A stretch of DNA of 32,000 bases, taken from assembly GCA_965234525.1 (NCBI GenBank), contig OZ248515.1:1124032-1156031 (forward strand), given 5' to 3'. A program made the translations under genes and the position numbers. This stretch comes from Caulobacteraceae bacterium (GTDB lineage: Bacteria > Pseudomonadota > Alphaproteobacteria > Caulobacterales > Aquidulcibacteraceae). Each line of letters opens with the position of its first letter. The first letter of the stretch is position 1. Shown here one piece after another: positions 27,494 to 32,000 of the stretch. A model generated the notes under the pieces. It did no database searches, was not told the origin of the DNA, and was given only the letters and a program-made list of their open reading frames with translations.

Positions 27494-28536
27494 GCAGCGC
27501 ATCCACCAAATTCTGCCCGCGGGCAAGAAGGACAAGCGACGACGCAGCCTGTCGTGCGTGCCGCGAGTATTGGGTCAGTGCCTTCCAACAAATCGGTCGC
27601 TAGGCGGGCAAGCTCGTCGATGAACCTCGCGCGCGTACCAAGAGCGGGGGCGCGCAAATAAAGTGGCACACCGACTTCGTGCGCAACTTCATAATATTCT
27701 TCATCCAATTCAACCAAGGTCTCAATATGTTCGGAGACAAAAGCGATCGGAACTACGATTACAGGTATATTGTCCGCGCCAGCGCGTTCAATCTCGGTTT
27801 CCGTGGCTGGGCCAATCCATTTTACGGGACCAACGCGAGATTGATAACAGATCGCATGCTCAAAATGATCAGGAAGCAGAGGCCGTAATGCTGCAACCGT
27901 CTCTTCTACTTGCTTTTGGTATGGATCGCCGTCGAGGATAATTTTTTCAGGCAGTCCATGTGCAGACCACAAAACCCGAACGCGCTCAGGCGAACCACCG
28001 GCTTGCCATGTTTCCATTACTGCTTCGGCATGGGCCTCAATAAAGCCTGGCGCATCAGGATAGCAGCAAATCAGCTTTGCAGGGCCACCGCCTGCCTTCT
28101 TCCAAGCCTGCAACGAGGAATCAGTCGTGGTGGTCGAAAACTGCGGATAGAGCGGCAGAAGCACCGTTTCATCAGGCTTAAATGCACGAACTTGGGCAAT
28201 TGCATCTTTTACAAATGGCTTCCAATAGCGCATGGCAAGGAAGGTTTTAACTTCGGCATTCTCATAGCCAGGACGAGCTTTAACCGCCCGCTCTAAGGCT
28301 TCCGCTTGAGCTAATGTTTCTGGAACCAGTGGCGAGCCACCACCCATCTTCGCATAGTTAGCCCGAGCTGATTTTGCGCGCAGCGTTGAAATCAATCTGG
28401 CCAATATCCAACGCACCGGTGTCGGGACGCGGATGATTGCCGGATCAGAAAACAAATTCTTCAAAAAAGGGCGCACGGAATCTGGCCCGTCCGGACCCCC
28501 AAGATTGAACAGCACAATCGCTATTTTCTGTCCCAT
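27490..28536 (-). CDS. hemH: Ferrochelatase, with a Cys-rich C-terminal tail
   Basis: N-terminal motif VLFNLGGPD and the conserved core (LPLYPQFS, SAHGLP, VPIAFVSEHIETL). The C-terminus is GCVVACPSCPRAEFGGCAA. Confidence 0.93.
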   Translation of the reverse strand: MGQKIAIVLFNLGGPDGPDSVRPFLKNLFSDPAIIRVPTPVRWILARLISTLRAKSARANYAKMGGGSPLVPETLAQAEALERAVKARPGYENAEVKTFLAMRYWKPFVKDAIAQVRAFKPDETVLLPLYPQFSTTTTDSSLQAWKKAGGGPAKLICCYPDAPGFIEAHAEAVMETWQAGGSPERVRVLWSAHGLPEKIILDGDPYQKQVEETVAALRPLLPDHFEHAICYQSRVGPVKWIGPATETEIERAGADNIPVIVVPIAFVSEHIETLVELDEEYYEVAHEVGVPLYLRAPALGTRARFIDELARLATDLLEGTDPILAARTTGCVVACPSCPRAEFGGCAA

Positions 28537-28577
28537 CGAGATTCCAATAACCTTTTTCTTGATTTGCAGACGTTTAT

Positions 28578-29624
28578 CTAGGTCAAACCCTTCACACGCC
28601 GCATCACATATTCGACATTGGCGATCGGCGTTGCTGGCACCACACCATGTCCAAGGTTGAAGATATGTGGTCCCGTGGCCGCTACGGCAAGAATAGCATC
28701 GACAGCTTGCTCAAGCGCGGGTCCACCTGCCATCAAAGCCATGGGATCAAGATTGCCTTGTAAACAAACCTTTGGGCCCAACGCAGTCCGCGCTGCGCCT
28801 AAATCTGCAGCAATATCGAGGCCGACTCCTTGGACAGTCGTTTCAGCAAAGAATTGACCAACCCGATGACCTGCCCCTCGCGGAAAACCAATAATAGGAA
28901 CATTGGGATAGACCGCGCGTACCACATCTACGACCTGCTTGATTGGCTTGGTTACGAGACGCGCGAACAGGTGACCGGGAATATCTTCAGCCCAAGATTC
29001 AAAAATCTGTAGCGCATTTGCACCCGCTTTAACCTGAGCAATTAGATGTTGGCCAATCGCCTCAGCCAGAATTTCTAAGAGATCGTCGACTAATTCTGGG
29101 TTCTGATACGCAAAAGCACGAGCAAGATCACGCTCACCGCCGCGGCCCTGAATCATATAGGTCGCCAAGGTCCAAGGAGCACCAGCGAAGCCTATTAGAG
29201 CACGGTCCTCGTCCATGGCGGCCCGAACCCGCTCTAGAGCCTCATAGACCGGCGCTAAACGTGTTTCGAGACGGGACATATCTAGTTTTGCGATATCTGC
29301 CGCGCCCTCCAACGGGGTCAATAGCGGGCCTTCGCCTTCGGCAAAGCGCACATCTCGGCCCAATGCATGGGGCACCACCAGAATATCGGAGAAGATAATC
29401 GCGGCATCGACCGGATATCTGCGGACTGGTTGCAACGTTGCTTCGGCCGCAGCTGCTGGCGCATAGCAAAAATCAAGGAAGCTCTTATTCTTCGCGCGAA
29501 GTTCACGATATTCCGGCAAATGGCGGCCCGCTTGGCGCATCAGCCAGATCGGTGGATGTGCTTGTTGTTCACCTAGGAGGGTGCGAACCAATGCGCTGTT
29601 GTGACCCTTTGCTCCCTCACCCAT
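28578..29624 (-). CDS. hemE: Uroporphyrinogen decarboxylase
   Basis: Signature PIWLMRQAGRHLPEYR, plus IFSDILVVPHALG and FNLGHGV. Confidence 0.93.
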   Translation of the reverse strand: MGEGAKGHNSALVRTLLGEQQAHPPIWLMRQAGRHLPEYRELRAKNKSFLDFCYAPAAAAEATLQPVRRYPVDAAIIFSDILVVPHALGRDVRFAEGEGPLLTPLEGAADIAKLDMSRLETRLAPVYEALERVRAAMDEDRALIGFAGAPWTLATYMIQGRGGERDLARAFAYQNPELVDDLLEILAEAIGQHLIAQVKAGANALQIFESWAEDIPGHLFARLVTKPIKQVVDVVRAVYPNVPIIGFPRGAGHRVGQFFAETTVQGVGLDIAADLGAARTALGPKVCLQGNLDPMALMAGGPALEQAVDAILAVAATGPHIFNLGHGVVPATPIANVEYVMRRVKGLT

Positions 29625-29760
29625 GGCGGGCTCCCCTTCCCTTATATATTTTAGATTCTTGAATCAGTAGATAGTAGTACGGTGGATAGACTGATCCTTG
29701 GAAGTCACCTGCATGACCTAACGGGATTTCTCAAGCTGTTTATCAGCTTTTGCCCCTGTT

Positions 29761-29769
29761 TTTTCCACA
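29761..29769 (+). promoter_or_regulatory. DnaA-box-like 9-mer TTTTCCACA
   Basis: One mismatch to the TTATCCACA consensus, located inside the predicted oriC. Confidence 0.4.
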
Positions 29770-29828
29770 GCGCATCCGATATGAAAAGTACCGAAAATCA
29801 TGCGATTGCTCTAGATAGCATTAAAGAT

Positions 29829-29837
29829 TTACCCACA
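29829..29837 (+). promoter_or_regulatory. DnaA-box-like 9-mer TTACCCACA
   Basis: One mismatch to the TTATCCACA consensus, located inside the predicted oriC. Confidence 0.4.
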
Positions 29838-29986
29838 TTGGGGATGCTTGTATCAATAGCTTACCAGCCTTGTGGATGTTCGAGAAAAGTTCCAGAGGCT
29901 TTATCCCTTTGTACTTCCCACGCAGCAATTTGTTTCGCTAATTCATACAAAATTAACCGTGTTTTTTAGAGATTCATTAAGCTTTT

Positions 29987-30001
29987 TTAACAAGTTGTTA
30001 A
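29987..30001. promoter_or_regulatory. CtrA-type binding motif TTAA-N7-TTAA (TTAACAAGTTGTTAA)
   Basis: Perfect match to the TTAA-N7-TTAA consensus. It sits in an AT-rich tract holding four TTAA tetramers within 50 bp (29953, 29977, 29987, 29998). Confidence 0.4.
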
Positions 30002-30120
30002 CAGCCCTACCGGGGTAAACTGGTCCACCTATCGGTACCTTTTGGTCAGACCTAAAGAAGTTAGGTCAGAAAATGTATGAAGACCTTGATCCGAAATGGT
30101 TCGTCGGTCACAGCTTTTCT

Positions 30121-30942
30121 ATGCGCATTTCCACTTTTCTAAACGTTCATTTGGTGTCTGACTCCACAGGCGAAACGCTCAACGCAGTTTTGCGGGCCGT
30201 TGCGCCCTTATTTGAAGGCGTGACGCCTTTAGAGCATTCCTATTATTTGGTGCGCTCTCGCCGCCAACTTGACCGGGTTTTGGCTGAGATTGAGTCCTTC
30301 CCCGGCGTGGTACTGTTCACGATTGCCGCGCATGATCTCCGCGATGTTTTGGTTGATCATTGCAAGCATTTGGGCATTCCAGCACTACCGCTCTTAGATC
30401 AAGTTCTCACCATGTGGGAACATCATCTGAAAATGCGCGCCGGTGAAAAGACAGGCTCTAAGCAAGCATTGGACGAAAATTACTTTCGTCGGATTGACGC
30501 TCTTAACTACACCATGGCCCATGATGACGGCCAAATGGTACATGAGTTCAATCAAGCGGATGTGGTGCTTGTGGGCGTCAGTCGGACCTCAAAAACGCCA
30601 ACGTCAATTTATCTTGCCAACCGCGGTATTCGAACAGGGAATTTCCCGCTGGTGCCAAAAGCCCCAATCCCTCAAGCGCTGTTAGAACTCAATAAGCCAT
30701 TGGTTGTTGGGTTGCGGGTTTCTCCTGATCGGTTGATTGCCATTCGCCGTAACCGGCTTTTGTCGCTTAATGCCGATGCGACCAGTGAATATGTTGATGA
30801 AGATGCGGTGCGCGAAGAGATTACGGACGCTAACCGTTTGTTTGAACGTCAGAATTGGCCCGTAATCGATGTAACCCGACGATCAATTGAAGAAACCTCG
30901 GCCGCCATTTTGAATCTGCTTACAGACCGGAATGCAAAATAG
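30121..30942 (+). CDS. Bifunctional kinase/pyrophosphorylase of the PpsR/PDRP (DUF299) family
   Basis: N-terminal motif HLVSDSTGETL and P-loop VGVSRTSKTPTSIYLANRG. It is the homologue of the first gene to the right of Caulobacter Cori. ATG 30121 (MRISTF...) is preferred over ATG 30073. Confidence 0.85.
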   Translation: MRISTFLNVHLVSDSTGETLNAVLRAVAPLFEGVTPLEHSYYLVRSRRQLDRVLAEIESFPGVVLFTIAAHDLRDVLVDHCKHLGIPALPLLDQVLTMWEHHLKMRAGEKTGSKQALDENYFRRIDALNYTMAHDDGQMVHEFNQADVVLVGVSRTSKTPTSIYLANRGIRTGNFPLVPKAPIPQALLELNKPLVVGLRVSPDRLIAIRRNRLLSLNADATSEYVDEDAVREEITDANRLFERQNWPVIDVTRRSIEETSAAILNLLTDRNAK

Positions 30943-30944
30943 TC

Positions 30945-31532
30945 ATGCTAACGCTCGCTTCTACCAGCACCATTCGTCGTCATCTCCTCACGCAAGCCGG
31001 CATTCGTTTTGAGGCTATCGGATCTGGTGTAGACGAAGATGCCGTAAAAGAGGCGATGCGGGCTGAAGGGGCTAGTCCGCGCAATCAAGCGGATAAGCTC
31101 GCTGAACTTAAGGCGTTGAAGGTTTCACAAAGACGGCCGGGCTTTGTCCTCGGCTGTGACCAAATCCTGTCGTTTGAAGGCCATTCGTTTGACAAGGCCG
31201 AAACACTGGACGAGGCTTTTGAACGCCTCAGCCAATTGCGCGGCAAGACACACACCCTTGAATGCGCAGCGGTTATCGCAAAAGAGGGTCAACCTGTCTG
31301 GCGCTTAGTAACGAGCCCAAAACTAACCATGCGGGCCTTTTCGGATGATTTCTTGCGCTCATACCTGACGTCGTATGGTCAAGAGGCGCTTGCAAGTGTC
31401 GGCTGTTATCAGTTTGAGGGCCCTGGTGCGCAATTGTTTGAGAAGGTTGAGGGGGACTTTTTTTCAATCCTTGGCCTGCCGTTATTAGAGGTCCTAGCCT
31501 TCTTGCGTCTGCATGGGGAGGTCCCAACTTGA
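30945..31532 (+). CDS. maf: Maf-like nucleoside triphosphate pyrophosphatase
   Basis: 195 aa with LASTSTIRRHLLTQAGIRFE, GCDQIL and GAYGIQ-like CYQFEG motifs. Confidence 0.85.
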   Translation: MLTLASTSTIRRHLLTQAGIRFEAIGSGVDEDAVKEAMRAEGASPRNQADKLAELKALKVSQRRPGFVLGCDQILSFEGHSFDKAETLDEAFERLSQLRGKTHTLECAAVIAKEGQPVWRLVTSPKLTMRAFSDDFLRSYLTSYGQEALASVGCYQFEGPGAQLFEKVEGDFFSILGLPLLEVLAFLRLHGEVPT

Positions 31533-32000
31533 AGATTAGCGGATCGACCGAGCTTTATGCGGTTTTGGGCAATCCGGTGCGGCATTCCATGTCACCGGTT
31601 TTGCAAAACGCGTGGATACAAGCACACGGATTTAACGCGCTTTATGTCGCACTTCCTATTGAGCTGGAAGACTTTGAGGCGGCCCTTCAAGGCTTGGCCG
31701 CTAGCGATGTGTGTGGGCTAAACATCACAACACCGTTCAAGGAACGCGCGGCGCAGGCGGCCTTGCGTCAATCTGACCGGGTGAAATTGGTTGGCGCTGC
31801 TAATTGCCTAAGTTTGGACCGAGCTGGTCGCGGGTACGATGCCAACAACACGGACGGCGACGGTCTGGTTGTTGATCTGGACGCGCGGGCATCTGACTGG
31901 CGCGATTCTGCCGGACATATAGTGGTTCTGGGCGCCGGCGGGGCGGCCCGCTCCATTCTTGCGGCTCTATCCGCGCATAGCCAAACTGCCATTTGCGTCA
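31529..32000 (+). CDS. aroE: Shikimate dehydrogenase, N-terminal part (3' end lies outside the window)
   Basis: My own translation of the open frame from TTG 31529, which overlaps the maf stop (TTGA): MKISGSTELYAVLGNPVRHSMSPVLQNAW...GLNITTPFKE...NTDGDG...VVLGAGGAARSI. These are AroE hallmarks. The ORF is absent from the ORF track because it has no stop in the window. Confidence 0.85.
   Translation, partial: MKISGSTELYAVLGNPVRHSMSPVLQNAWIQAHGFNALYVALPIELEDFEAALQGLAASDVCGLNITTPFKERAAQAALRQSDRVKLVGAANCLSLDRAGRGYDANNTDGDGLVVDLDARASDWRDSAGHIVVLGAGGAARSILAALSAHSQTAICV

Larger units (their letters stand above)
29625..30120. other. oriC: Predicted chromosomal replication origin (oriC), alphaproteobacterial hemE-linked type
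   Basis: This is the largest non-coding, AT-enriched gap in the window. It is flanked by hemE (-) and the DUF299 kinase, maf and aroE (+), as at Caulobacter Cori. It contains DnaA-box-like 9-mers, a TTAA-N7-TTAA motif, AT-rich tracts and GANTC sites, and gene orientation switches here. Confidence 0.6.

Noticed and set aside
29682-29969. 95-aa ORF inside the hemE / DUF299 intergenic gap.
   Set aside because: The region is AT-rich and full of DnaA-box-like and TTAA motifs. The translation is Cys/Phe/Ser-rich with no RBS or recognisable domain. It is better explained as non-coding origin DNA.
29654-29975. Three GANTC (CcrM methylation) sites in the predicted origin, which might indicate enrichment.
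   Set aside because: Roughly two sites are expected by chance in ~450 bp, so the count alone is not evidence. I list it only as compatible with the origin call.
1-32000. Search for tRNA or rRNA genes, CRISPR repeats, IS elements or transposases, integrases, toxin-antitoxin pairs and defence-system hallmarks.
   Set aside because: I found no T-loop/acceptor-like tRNA signatures, no regularly spaced direct repeats, no transposase, integrase or recombinase-like ORFs, and no nuclease/ATPase pairs of unknown function. The gene content is core housekeeping around the origin.

Overview
This window looks like core chromosome from an alphaproteobacterium with roughly mid-50s %GC, and it appears to span the replication origin. 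From left to right it contains four blocks.

1. The distal part of a Tad/Flp (Cpa) pilus locus on the + strand: cpaB 3' end, cpaC, cpaD, cpaE, cpaF, tadB, tadC.
2. Housekeeping genes: an NDUFS6-like zinc-finger protein, an orphan ABC ATPase, trmB, a YkgJ-type Cys-cluster protein, a secreted M24 peptidase and an XRE regulator. They are followed by the conserved miaB-phoH-ybeY-corC-lnt operon on the - strand. In that operon phoH and ybeY are read as a single in-frame ORF.
3. An L,D-transpeptidase gene divergent from an orphan OmpR-type response regulator. Next comes a small GntR-controlled catabolic cluster (YciI-like protein, LeuC/LeuD-like hydro-lyase, isocitrate-lyase/PEP-mutase-family lyase). 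After that come a secreted conserved hypothetical protein, a HIG1-like twin-TM protein coupled to a degenerate SDR, and a small secreted protein.
4. rho and hemJ-hemH-hemE on the - strand, a ~0.5 kb AT-rich gap, then a ppsR-like (DUF299) kinase gene, maf and aroE on the + strand. This is the gene order that flanks the Caulobacter/Rickettsia-type origin. The gap carries DnaA-box-like 9-mers and a perfect TTAA-N7-TTAA motif, so I call it the probable oriC.

I found no tRNA or rRNA genes, CRISPR arrays, transposases, integrases or recognisable defence genes. I see no convincing wholly new multi-gene system. The observations most worth follow-up are the predicted oriC, the PhoH-YbeY fusion, the hydro-lyase/lyase cluster, and a 120-bp intergenic stretch holding four consecutive perfect hairpins. 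All protein-family calls come from motif recognition by eye, with no database search.
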